From: an uncultured Burkholderiales bacterium
GTDB taxonomy: Bacteria > Pseudomonadota > Gammaproteobacteria > Burkholderiales > Burkholderiaceae_C
Direction of reading: 5' to 3'
DNA length: 64,000 nucleotides
Assembly: GCA_903880855.1 (NCBI GenBank)
Contig: CAIRQX010000103.1
Coordinates: 61,161-125,160 of the forward strand
Below, piece by piece: positions 47,608-56,781 of the stretch (the first letter of the stretch is position 1; each line of letters begins with the position of its first letter). The notes under the pieces were generated by a model. That model saw only the letters and a program-made list of their open reading frames with translations, searched no databases and was not told the origin of the DNA. The translations under genes were made by a program, and so were the position numbers.

Positions 47608-49143
47608 ATGAACCACAACCTGTATGCAGCGCTACGCGCCCAATTCCCCAGCAATTTAGACACCACCGCCGTTGAAACCGATGATGGCTTGCATTACAGC
47701 TGGCGCGACTTAGAGCGCGCCAGTGCGATGTTGGCTAATTTGCTGGAAGGATTGAATATTCCTCAGGGTGCACGCGTTGCAGTTCAGGTGGAGAAGTCGG
47801 TCGAAGCCATGATGCTTTACCTCGCCACATTGCGGGCAGGTTATGTTTTCTTGCCACTCAATACAGCCTATCAAAGTGCAGAAATTCAATACTTTATAGA
47901 AAACGCGGAGCCTGCAGTCGTGGTGTGTAGCGGCCCCAACTTTGGCTGGGTCAGCAAAATCGCCTTTAAGGCAGGGACGCAATACGTTTTCACCTTGAAC
48001 GACAACAGAACCGGTAGCTTGTTAGACCGTGCTGTGCATTGTTCAGACAAACACTCAGTAATTGAAAACGCTGCAGACGACATGGCCGCCATTTTGTACA
48101 CCAGCGGTACAACCGGACGCAGCAAAGGCGCTATGTTGTCACATGGCAATTTGCTTAGCAACGCCCAAACCCTAAAAACCTACTGGGGCTGGCGCGTTGG
48201 CGATGTGTTGATCCACGCTTTGCCAATCTTCCATGTGCATGGATTATTCGTGGCTATACACGGTGCTTTACTCAACGGCAGCAAGATGATTTGGATGACA
48301 AAGTTTGACCCCAAGTTCGTTATCCAAAAAATGCCAGAAGCCACGGTGTTTATGGGCGTACCCACTTTGTATGTGCGCATGTTGGCTGAAACAACGCTAA
48401 CAAAACAACAAGCTTCGCACATGCGTTTGTTTGTTGCGGGCTCTGCACCATTGCTCATAGAAACATTCAAAGAATGGCAAGACCGAACAGGCCACACCAT
48501 CTTGGAGCGCTACGGCATGAGCGAAACCGTCATGCTCACATCCAACCCGTATGCGGCAGATGCGCGTTACTCAGGTCAAAGCGAAAGACGAGGCGGAACT
48601 GTTGGATTTCCTTTGCCTAGCGTGCAGTTGCGCGTGCACAGCGATGACGGAGTGGAATTACCCCTTGGTGAAATTGGGGGCATCCAAGTTAAAGGCCCGA
48701 ATGTTTTTTCCGGTTACTGGCGTATGCCTGAGAAAACAAAAGAAGAATTCACGGCAGATGGTTTCTTCAAAACCGGTGATGTCGGCAAGATCGATGAGCG
48801 CGGTTATGTTGTGATTGTTGGTCGTAGCAAAGACTTGATCATCAGCGGTGGGTACAACGTGTATCCAGCTGAAATTGAGGGCTATATAAATGACATTCCT
48901 GGCGTTGCAGAAAGCGCGTTGGTGGGTGTTCCGCATCCGGATTTTGGGGAAGTGGGTGTGGCAGTGGTAATTACTAAGCCTGGGGCCGCGGTTTCTGGAG
49001 ACGCTGTTATTGCTGCTTTGAAGTCGCAGTTGGCTAACTTTAAGATTCCTAAGAAGTGTTTTGTTGTGGACGCTTTACCTCGGAACACTATGGGCAAGGT
49101 TCAGAAGAACTTATTGCGTGATCAATATAAGTTGCTTTTCTGA
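47608..49143 (+). CDS. matB: Malonyl-CoA synthetase (malonate--CoA ligase), AMP-binding family
   Basis: 511 aa. AMP-binding motifs YTSGTTGRSKG, ...GYWRMPEKT... and GDVGKIDERGY. Sits in a locus with malonyl-CoA decarboxylase. Confidence 0.8.
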   Translation: MNHNLYAALRAQFPSNLDTTAVETDDGLHYSWRDLERASAMLANLLEGLNIPQGARVAVQVEKSVEAMMLYLATLRAGYVFLPLNTAYQSAEIQYFIENAEPAVVVCSGPNFGWVSKIAFKAGTQYVFTLNDNRTGSLLDRAVHCSDKHSVIENAADDMAAILYTSGTTGRSKGAMLSHGNLLSNAQTLKTYWGWRVGDVLIHALPIFHVHGLFVAIHGALLNGSKMIWMTKFDPKFVIQKMPEATVFMGVPTLYVRMLAETTLTKQQASHMRLFVAGSAPLLIETFKEWQDRTGHTILERYGMSETVMLTSNPYAADARYSGQSERRGGTVGFPLPSVQLRVHSDDGVELPLGEIGGIQVKGPNVFSGYWRMPEKTKEEFTADGFFKTGDVGKIDERGYVVIVGRSKDLIISGGYNVYPAEIEGYINDIPGVAESALVGVPHPDFGEVGVAVVITKPGAAVSGDAVIAALKSQLANFKIPKKCFVVDALPRNTMGKVQKNLLRDQYKLLF

Positions 49144-49175
49144 TTACTCGGGTTCGCAGAATTTTCTCTCGCTCC

Positions 49176-49259
49176 GCCAAGCCGATCAGCCAGTACTTGC
49201 TGTGGCTCCGAGCTTCGCTCTTTATGGAGCCACATCAAGCACTGACTACTCGTCTTGGC
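49176..49259. repeat. Imperfect 34-nt-arm palindromic element with a 16-nt centre
   Basis: The arms 49176-49209 and 49226-49259 are complementary at 28 of 34 positions (hand alignment). The 23-nt core 49204-49226 recurs inverted at 49378-49400. Confidence 0.7.
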
Positions 49260-49274
49260 TACGAGTAATTTTTT
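49247..49274 (+). terminator. Rho-independent terminator of the malonyl-CoA synthetase gene
   Basis: Stem TACTCGT/ACGAGTA (7 bp), loop CTTGGCT, then ATTTTTT. Confidence 0.6.
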
Positions 49275-49346
49275 AGGCTACAGTGAATTCGGATGCCTTG
49301 TGAATGCAGGTGGTCTTAGAAAAAACAAGCTTTTCAAACTCAAAAA

Positions 49347-49426
49347 GAGAGCGAGCTAAGGGGGACTAATGCGGGGACATAAAGAGCGAAGCTCGGAGCC
49401 GCATTAGTCCCCCTTAGCTCGCTCTC
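49347..49426 (-). terminator. Perfect 28-bp-stem hairpin, probable terminator of cphA
   Basis: GAGAGCGAGCTAAGGGGGACTAATGCGG (49347-49374) and its exact reverse complement (49399-49426) flank a 24-nt loop. On the minus strand a T-rich tract follows (TTTTTGAGTTTGAAAAGCTTGTTTTTTC). Confidence 0.55.
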
Positions 49427-49488
49427 GCGCAACGAGAAAAGAACAACTCAAGCGCAACGAGAAAGCAACACAGAGGGAGCAAAAAAAA

Positions 49489-52062
49489 CTAACTAGCCGC
49501 CTCAACCCGCTGCGTAATATGCGCCAAAGCCTCTTCCACCTGGTCAATCAAAATCAAGCAAAGATCCCCTTGATTCAGGCGCTCCATAGCCTTGTCAATC
49601 GCCAAAAACTCGCCATAAATCTCATCCACTTGACGCGTACGCTTGGCACCCTCTAAACCTTGACGCAGAAGTTTGAGCACTTCGCCATCCACTCGCCCCC
49701 GTTGGCAGGCATCTTGGTAGAGCACAACTTCGTCGAATGCGTCACCAATGATGCGGGTTTGCTCACGAATATCGTCATCGCGTCTATCGCCAGCACCGCT
49801 GATCACCACGCTACGTCGTTGTGCAGGAAGATTGGTGACAGCTTGCACCAATGCTTTGATGGCATCAGGGTTGTGCCCGTAGTCGGCAATGACTGTGGCG
49901 CCTTTGTAGTCAAACACATTGAAACGACCCGGAACACCTTGGATGTCACTGACAAATGTTGCGAGTCCTTTGCAGATGGTTTCCCATGGGATATTGATAG
50001 CCCAAGCGGCACCGATAGAAGCCATCGCGTTCTCTATTTGAAAGGCAATGGCACCGCTCCGTGTGACTGGAACCTCAGTCAGAGGAATACGAACCGAGTG
50101 TTGCCCTTGCATGGCAACAATATGGTCGTCTTCGACAAACAGCACGCGTTTACCTTGTGCGCGATGTGTTGCGATGATGGGATGGTGGGTATCTAGACCA
50201 AAGAAAATGACTTCGCCTGGGCAATTGACCGCCATGCGCGCAACTAAGGGGTCGGTGGCATTGAGAACTGCAGTTCCGGAAGTAGCAACATTTTGTACGA
50301 TGACGCGTTTGAGGACTGCTAAATCCTCTACGGTCGATATGTAGTTCAAACCTAGGTGGTCACCCATGCCGATATTGGTAACCACTGCAACATGGCAACG
50401 GTCAAATGCCAAGCCTTCTCGTAACATTCCGCCACGTGCGGTCTCTAGCACTGCTGCGTCGACGTCTGGGTGCATCAATACGTTACGCGCGCTTCGGGGG
50501 CCACTGCAGTCGCCGCTGTCAGTTTGTCGACCGTTCACGTACACACCATCTGTGTTGGTCATGCCTACGCGCAGCCCATGTGTGCGTAATAAGTGGGAGG
50601 TGAGACGAACGGTGGTTGTCTTTCCATTGGTGCCAGTTACCGCAATGACTGGCACGCGACCATCTTCGCCGTTGGGGAACATCGTGGCAATAACGGCTTC
50701 GCCAACATCACGACCTTTTCCAAATGAGGGGCTCAGATGCATACGCAAGCCTGGGGCAGCGTTGACTTCCACCACGCCACCGCTTTGTTCTTCAAGGGGA
50801 TGCAATACCGATTCGCAAACTACGTCGACGCCACAAATATCAAGTCCCACCATTTGGGCTGCGGCAATGGCGCGCGCAGCGACTTCTAGATGCACATCGT
50901 CAGTCACATCGGTCGCGGTACCGCCTGTGGACAGGTTAGCGTTATTGCGCAAAATGACACGCGTGCCTTTGACGGGAACTGAGTTTTCATCTAAACCTTG
51001 TTCTTTGAGTCGGTTTTTAGCGATGTCATCCAATTGAATTTTGGTGAGTGATGTGGCATGTCCTTCGCCACGGCGTGGGTCTGCGTTGACTTGTTCCACC
51101 AATTCACGCACGGTATTTTTTCCGTTACCAATGACCAACGGAGGATCACGTCTTGCTGCGGCTACCAATTTATTACCTACTACTAACAAGCGGAAATCGC
51201 TGCCAGGTAGATAGCGCTCAACCAATACGTCGTCTCTAAATGAGATGGCAGTGTTGTAAGCACCCATCACGCCTTCTTTGGTCGCGATGTTGACGCTAAT
51301 GCCTTTTCCTTGATTGCCATCACGTGGTTTGATCACGACAGGTAAGCCTATTTCCTGCGCCGCCGCCCATGCATCTTCTGCGCTAGTGACAGGGCGGCCT
51401 AGTGGTACGGGAACGCCAGCTGCATGCAAGAGTTTTTTGGTGAGTTCTTTGTCTTGGGCGATCGATTCAGCGATGGCGCTGGTGGCATCAATTTCAGCAG
51501 CTTGGATGCGGCGTTGTTTGCTACCCCAACCCAATTGCACCAATGAGCCCTCCGTCAATCGGCGGAAGGGAATGCCACGGGCAATGGCAGCGTTGACGAT
51601 GGACCCAGTGGATGGACCAAGGCGTAAGTCTTCGTCTAAGCCACGCAGTTGATCGATAGCAGATTCGACATCAAATTCGCTATGTTGGGCTGCGGCAGAG
51701 CACAAGTCTCTGGCTAGCTTGATAGCGAGGCAGCCGACTTCTTCCTCGGTGTATTCCACAGCGACTTGGTACAAACCCTTTTCATCGGTGGCGGTGGTGC
51801 GACTGAACGTTACGGGACATCCTGCTTGAATTTGCAAATGCAAGGTAGTAGCTTCAATCGCATGTGCCATGCTCAAGGGTGCTTTGCGGTCGGTTGGACT
51901 AAGTTGTCCTAAGCCGGGGAACAAGTGACGCAAGTATGTTTCAAAATCAGCATGGGTACTAAGATCTAGTTCATCGCCGTCGCAACGCACCAATGCCTCT
52001 ATGGCAGTGTGGCGTGTCCAGAGATTAGGGCCGCGCAATGCGCGAATACGTGAGACTTCCAT
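49489..52062 (-). CDS. cphA: Cyanophycin synthetase
   Basis: 857 aa. N-terminal RALRGPNLW, an ATP-grasp region (VVIKPRDGNQGKGISVNI, NLSTGGTATDVTDD) and a Mur-ligase-type domain with the intact P-loop VTGTNGKTTT. Confidence 0.9.
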   Translation of the reverse strand: MEVSRIRALRGPNLWTRHTAIEALVRCDGDELDLSTHADFETYLRHLFPGLGQLSPTDRKAPLSMAHAIEATTLHLQIQAGCPVTFSRTTATDEKGLYQVAVEYTEEEVGCLAIKLARDLCSAAAQHSEFDVESAIDQLRGLDEDLRLGPSTGSIVNAAIARGIPFRRLTEGSLVQLGWGSKQRRIQAAEIDATSAIAESIAQDKELTKKLLHAAGVPVPLGRPVTSAEDAWAAAQEIGLPVVIKPRDGNQGKGISVNIATKEGVMGAYNTAISFRDDVLVERYLPGSDFRLLVVGNKLVAAARRDPPLVIGNGKNTVRELVEQVNADPRRGEGHATSLTKIQLDDIAKNRLKEQGLDENSVPVKGTRVILRNNANLSTGGTATDVTDDVHLEVAARAIAAAQMVGLDICGVDVVCESVLHPLEEQSGGVVEVNAAPGLRMHLSPSFGKGRDVGEAVIATMFPNGEDGRVPVIAVTGTNGKTTTVRLTSHLLRTHGLRVGMTNTDGVYVNGRQTDSGDCSGPRSARNVLMHPDVDAAVLETARGGMLREGLAFDRCHVAVVTNIGMGDHLGLNYISTVEDLAVLKRVIVQNVATSGTAVLNATDPLVARMAVNCPGEVIFFGLDTHHPIIATHRAQGKRVLFVEDDHIVAMQGQHSVRIPLTEVPVTRSGAIAFQIENAMASIGAAWAINIPWETICKGLATFVSDIQGVPGRFNVFDYKGATVIADYGHNPDAIKALVQAVTNLPAQRRSVVISGAGDRRDDDIREQTRIIGDAFDEVVLYQDACQRGRVDGEVLKLLRQGLEGAKRTRQVDEIYGEFLAIDKAMERLNQGDLCLILIDQVEEALAHITQRVEAAS

Positions 52063-54305
52063 TACCCATTCATCCTTGCCAAGTCTTTACTGACTTGTTC
52101 GTTTTTTTGTCCAAAATTCTTTAATCCAGCGCGAATCAGCAAGGGGGTGATACCAAGAGACCAGCCAGTTGCGACTGCCGCTAATAAAGTATTGATGTGC
52201 AAGCCTTGTTTAAGCAGTCGCGCAATGAGATCCATATCTAGATGGAATAGAGGGGTTTCTTGATCGCCGCGCGCTAAGGTCACAAAACCTTCTTGGCAAA
52301 ACACCGCACGGCCGCCTTGTTGCCGGTGCACAGTCAGGTGGGCATTGCTTGCATCTTGTGCATAAAACAATACTTCGCCATCACTGAGTTCTGCTAACCC
52401 CACGACTGCGTCATCTTGCGCGTTCAATACTGCAGCACCTTCAGGCAATACCAAATCAATTTGGGTACGAATCACAGTGCGCATTTGGTCAGGCGTTTGG
52501 ATATCGTGGTCATCTATCAATATTTGAGTGGTCTCAGGCATATTGGTCACCACTCCCACTTGGCATCTGTCATAGGCCAAGCCTTCATTCAAGATGTGCA
52601 GCGGCGTAGTTTCAAACACGGCGGCGTCAAGTGCGCGGTTGATCAACAGTCGTTCACCATCTTCAAAACCCCGTGCATCGTTTTTCCCCAAATGGTGTTG
52701 GTTCATATACAAACCATCTTTGCAGGCTAGACCTGTACGGTGTCCTGAGAGATGCAGCAACCACGCAACGAGTTGTGCGAGCTCGGTGGTTTGTTCAGTG
52801 CCCACAATACCAACAACAGGGATACGGCCCGAATCATTCGATCCAAACAAATGGTCGACGATCGCTTTACCAACAGGACGCGGTTGACCCACTGCAGGTT
52901 TGACATGCATGAGCAGACCAGGACCGGCATTGACTTCGATCACAGCACCACGTGTTTCATCCAATGGACGGCTGATATCTTCTGTCACGATGTCAATGCC
53001 TGCGATGTCTAAACCAATCACGCGAGCTGCTAGGGTGGCTGCTGCCGCTACTTCAGGATGAACTTTGTCGGTCACATCGACATTGAGGTTGCCATTGCGT
53101 TGCACGATCACTGAGCGGTCTTTATCTACAACGCTATGGGGTTCCAGTCCTTGGCGTTGAATTTCTAAAAGAGTCATCTCCCCACGTGATGAGTTGGAGA
53201 ATTTAATGACGTCCAATGGAAAGGTTTCAGATTCGCCGCGACGAGGGTCAGTGTTGATTTGAGATTCAATCAATTGCTCTACTGTTGACACACCGTCGCC
53301 AACTACAAAAGCGGTCTCACCTTGGGTGGCAGCGACAACCCGGTCTCCGACCACCAATACGCGGTGCTCTTCTCCCTTGACATAACGCTCGATCAACACA
53401 GGTACGTTCTCGTCAGATCCAGACCAGCCAGCGCCTACAGTGTTGGCGGCTAACCAAGCAGCACGCACGGCCGATTCAGTTTCGACATTTAAAGATACGC
53501 CGCGGCCACGGTTACCGTCTGCAGGTTTGATCGCCACTGGCAAACCAATATCTTGAGATGCTTCCCAAGCTTGGTCAGCGCTCGTCACAATCTGCCCCTC
53601 TGGCACTGGAATGCCGCATTGGGTGAGCAAGCGTTTGGTGAGGTCTTTGTCGCTAGAAATGCTCTCAGCAATCGCACTGGTGCGATCGGTTTCCGCTGTC
53701 CAAATACGGCGTTGGCGTGAACCATAGCCAAGTTGCACCAAATTACCCTCTGTCAAACGAATAAAAGGTGTTTTGCGCTCCATCGCAGCGTCAACAATAC
53801 ACGCAGTACTCGGGCCTAAGCACAAAACATCGACGATGGCTTTGAGTTCCTCGACTGTGGTTGCAATATCAAAAGACAGATTATTTGCAGCCGACATCAC
53901 CAAACGGTGGGCTGCTTTGAAACTAGCGCGTCCTAGGGTTTCGTGTTCGGTACGAAATACCACTTTGTAGACACCGCGCTTGCTGATCTCGCGGGCTTTG
54001 CCAAACTCGGCGCGCGCGCCTGCAAGTAATTGCAACTCAATAGAGACATGTTCAATGATGTGTCCCATCCAAGTGCCACCCACCAAGCGGGTCAGAAACC
54101 CGCCACGATGACCCACACCGCAGTGGTGTTCGACCAAGCCAGGCAACCAAGCATTGACGCGATCGTTAAAGCCTTCAATTGAATTGGATGGGTGATCTTC
54201 CATCTCACCTAAATCAATCAAGGCCTCGATGATGGGGCGATAAGTCCAAATATTGGGGCCGCGCAAATAATTGACGCGCAGGATCTGAATGTCTTGAAAG
54301 GCCAT
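52062..54305 (-). CDS. Cyanophycin synthetase paralog (CphA'), with degenerate catalytic signatures
   Basis: About 747 aa from MAFQDIQILRVNYLRGPNIW (ATG at 54305; track ORF start 54368). Collinear with CphA, but the P-loop reads VGTEQTTE and the STGGTA segment is absent. Its stop overlaps the cphA start (TAATG). Confidence 0.8.
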   Translation of the reverse strand: MAFQDIQILRVNYLRGPNIWTYRPIIEALIDLGEMEDHPSNSIEGFNDRVNAWLPGLVEHHCGVGHRGGFLTRLVGGTWMGHIIEHVSIELQLLAGARAEFGKAREISKRGVYKVVFRTEHETLGRASFKAAHRLVMSAANNLSFDIATTVEELKAIVDVLCLGPSTACIVDAAMERKTPFIRLTEGNLVQLGYGSRQRRIWTAETDRTSAIAESISSDKDLTKRLLTQCGIPVPEGQIVTSADQAWEASQDIGLPVAIKPADGNRGRGVSLNVETESAVRAAWLAANTVGAGWSGSDENVPVLIERYVKGEEHRVLVVGDRVVAATQGETAFVVGDGVSTVEQLIESQINTDPRRGESETFPLDVIKFSNSSRGEMTLLEIQRQGLEPHSVVDKDRSVIVQRNGNLNVDVTDKVHPEVAAAATLAARVIGLDIAGIDIVTEDISRPLDETRGAVIEVNAGPGLLMHVKPAVGQPRPVGKAIVDHLFGSNDSGRIPVVGIVGTEQTTELAQLVAWLLHLSGHRTGLACKDGLYMNQHHLGKNDARGFEDGERLLINRALDAAVFETTPLHILNEGLAYDRCQVGVVTNMPETTQILIDDHDIQTPDQMRTVIRTQIDLVLPEGAAVLNAQDDAVVGLAELSDGEVLFYAQDASNAHLTVHRQQGGRAVFCQEGFVTLARGDQETPLFHLDMDLIARLLKQGLHINTLLAAVATGWSLGITPLLIRAGLKNFGQKNEQVSKDLARMNG

Positions 54306-54486
54306 AGATAAGGGGTTAGGGATGCTGAATGCTTCAGCAAATGCGTTGCAAACGGGGTATAGCCGCACAATAGCGGGCGATACAATTAAAAAAATACGAT
54401 GTTGCGTGCAACAAGTTCAGGCTCCTGCTTCTTGTTCACCGACCTTAGTTTGGTATCAAACGATTTAGGCCGGAAAATTTATAAGA

Positions 54487-56781
54487 ATGAATGCATCTCT
54501 TTCGGCTTATGCCAACTTTATGTTGCCTTCTGAGTGGAAGGCTTCAGCGTCGGCGCAACTCTCACCCCAAGAGAACGTCTTAGCTTGGTTGGAAGTTGAC
54601 TTAGACGCGCAATTGCAGTTCGCCAAAGGACTGCTAATTGTGACAGACCAACGCATTCTTTCGGCAAATCCTGCCGCTGCTGGGCTTGTATGGCAGAGTT
54701 GGACGCTACAGTCTGGTTGGGTCATGGACCATTTTGATTACGCTGGCGTAGGCACACTGTCTTTGCGCAGCAGTGATCAGCAACTCGCTACTTGGCGCTT
54801 TACCCTGAACCACAATGTCTTTGCAATGCGCTTGCAAGAGGCCTTTGCTGCACGGGTGGAGTTCATTACTCACGGACGCGCGCTCCAAACCAATCTGACA
54901 GCACGATGCCCGCAATGCAAATTGCCTTTGGAAGTGGAGGGTGATGAATGCCCTGTTTGTAATCGTGAGCAGCATGCACCGCTGTCAACTTGGGGCTTAT
55001 TTCGCTTGTGGCGCTTTGCGCATCCCTATCGTTGGCGATTATTGGCTGGGTTTTTATTGACGCTGGCCTCGACTGCAGCCACCTTGGTGCCTCCTTACTT
55101 GACCATGCCGCTGATGGACGATGTGCTGATTCCATTCCAAAACGGCCAAGATATTGACCACGACCTTGTTGCTTTGTACTTAGGCGGCTTACTCGCGGCA
55201 GCAGCATTGGCTTGGAGCTTGGGTTGGGCTAAAACCTATATCTTGGCCTTGGTCTCTGAGCGCATTGGCGCTGATTTACGCACCACAGCCTATGAGCACT
55301 TGATGCGTTTGTCGTTGGAATATTTTGGTGGCCGTCGTACGGGCGACTTGATGAATCGCATTGGCGCTGAGACAGACCGTATCAATGTCTTTTTGTCATT
55401 GCACCTGCTTGATTTCGCGACAGACATCTTGATGATTTTGATGACAGCGGCTATTTTGTTGAGCATCGATGTTCGTTTGGCCGCTGCCACTTTGTTGCCT
55501 CTTCCGTTCATTATTTGGCTTATTCATGTAGTGCGCGACAAACTAAGAACAGGCTTTGAGAAGATTGACCGAGTATGGTCCGAGTTAACCAATGTGTTGG
55601 CAGACACCATTCCAGGCATTCGCGTTGTCAAGGCCTTCGCGCAAGAACGTCGTGAGGCCAACCGGTTTCGCGATGCCAATAAACATAACTTGGCGGTGAA
55701 CGACCGCATCAATTTTGTTTGGTCTTTGTTTTCGCCCACCGTCACCTTGATGACGGAAGTGGGTTTGTTGGTGGTGTGGGGTTTTGGCATTTGGTTGGTG
55801 TCTCACCATCAAATTACTGTGGGTGTGCTGACGGCATTCTTGGCGTACATCGGACGGTTTTACACGCGTCTAGATTCCATGAGTCGCATCGTGTCGCATA
55901 CCCAAAAGGCGGCTGCGGGCGCCAAACGTATTTTTGAAATCTTGGACCATGTCTCTAGCGTGCCAGAGGCTACACACCCACAAAAACTTCCGAGTCCCTT
56001 AGAAGGTCGCATCGATATCCAAGATGTCGGCTTTAGGTATGGAAACCGCGCTGTTATTCGCGGTTTGAATTTAGCCATTCAACCCGGCGAGATGATTGGC
56101 TTGGTCGGACAAAGTGGTTCAGGCAAAAGCACCTTGGTGAATTTGATTTGTCGTTTCTACGACATCAGCGAAGGTGCTATCAAAGTTGATGGCATCGATA
56201 TCCGCAATATTGCTCTGTCAGATTTCCGTAGCCATATCGGCTTGGTACTGCAAGAGCCTTTCCTGTTCTTTGGCACCATTGCCGACAACATTGCGTACGG
56301 TAAACCCAACGCTAGCCGACAAGACATAGTTGCTTCAGCACGTGCAGCGCACGCGCATGAATTTATTTTGCGACTTCCCCAAGGCTATGACTCTTTGGTA
56401 GGGGAGCGCGGACAGGGCCTCTCCGGTGGCGAGCGCCAACGCATTTCTATTGCGCGCGCCTTGCTCATCAATCCGCGTATTTTGATTTTGGATGAGGCCA
56501 CTGCCTCGGTAGATACCGAGACCGAGCAAGAAATTCAAAAAGCACTGGATAACTTGGTGCAAGGTAGAACCACCATTGCAATTGCACATCGTTTGTCAAC
56601 ACTGCACAAAGCAGACCGCTTGGTCGTCTTGGAGCAGGGTGAGTTAGTCGAAGAGGGCAACCACGACACCCTGATGGCAAAGCAGGGCGCGTATTGGCGT
56701 TTGTATGAGGCGCAAGCTAAAAATGCAGAAGCCGACCGCGTGAAGTTGGGTGAAGTCTCTCGCAAAGAGGACATCGTATGA
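54487..56781 (+). CDS. ABC exporter (fused TMD-NBD) with an N-terminal cytoplasmic domain ending in a zinc ribbon; cyanophycin-locus associated
   Basis: 764 aa. About 165 aa of N-terminal extension with CPQCKLPLEVEGDECPVC, then six hydrophobic helices. Walker A GQSGSGKST, signature LSGGERQR, Walker B ILILDEATS. Confidence 0.85.
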   Translation: MNASLSAYANFMLPSEWKASASAQLSPQENVLAWLEVDLDAQLQFAKGLLIVTDQRILSANPAAAGLVWQSWTLQSGWVMDHFDYAGVGTLSLRSSDQQLATWRFTLNHNVFAMRLQEAFAARVEFITHGRALQTNLTARCPQCKLPLEVEGDECPVCNREQHAPLSTWGLFRLWRFAHPYRWRLLAGFLLTLASTAATLVPPYLTMPLMDDVLIPFQNGQDIDHDLVALYLGGLLAAAALAWSLGWAKTYILALVSERIGADLRTTAYEHLMRLSLEYFGGRRTGDLMNRIGAETDRINVFLSLHLLDFATDILMILMTAAILLSIDVRLAAATLLPLPFIIWLIHVVRDKLRTGFEKIDRVWSELTNVLADTIPGIRVVKAFAQERREANRFRDANKHNLAVNDRINFVWSLFSPTVTLMTEVGLLVVWGFGIWLVSHHQITVGVLTAFLAYIGRFYTRLDSMSRIVSHTQKAAAGAKRIFEILDHVSSVPEATHPQKLPSPLEGRIDIQDVGFRYGNRAVIRGLNLAIQPGEMIGLVGQSGSGKSTLVNLICRFYDISEGAIKVDGIDIRNIALSDFRSHIGLVLQEPFLFFGTIADNIAYGKPNASRQDIVASARAAHAHEFILRLPQGYDSLVGERGQGLSGGERQRISIARALLINPRILILDEATASVDTETEQEIQKALDNLVQGRTTIAIAHRLSTLHKADRLVVLEQGELVEEGNHDTLMAKQGAYWRLYEAQAKNAEADRVKLGEVSRKEDIV

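Noticed and set aside
49176-49464. CRISPR array or retron-like ncRNA in the repeat-rich spacer
   Set aside because: The repeats are inverted rather than regularly spaced direct repeats. There are no spacers, no cas genes and no reverse transcriptase in the window.
40768-51652. Many long antisense or alternative-frame ORFs inside fumA, ilvD and cphA (for example 41021-41563, 41326-41805, 42555-43013, 42880-43347, 50366-51037)
   Set aside because: Each lies wholly within a CDS that has strong family signatures on the opposite strand or in another frame. Their translations are Arg/Ala/Gly/Pro-rich and low in complexity, as expected for stop-poor frames in GC-richer DNA.
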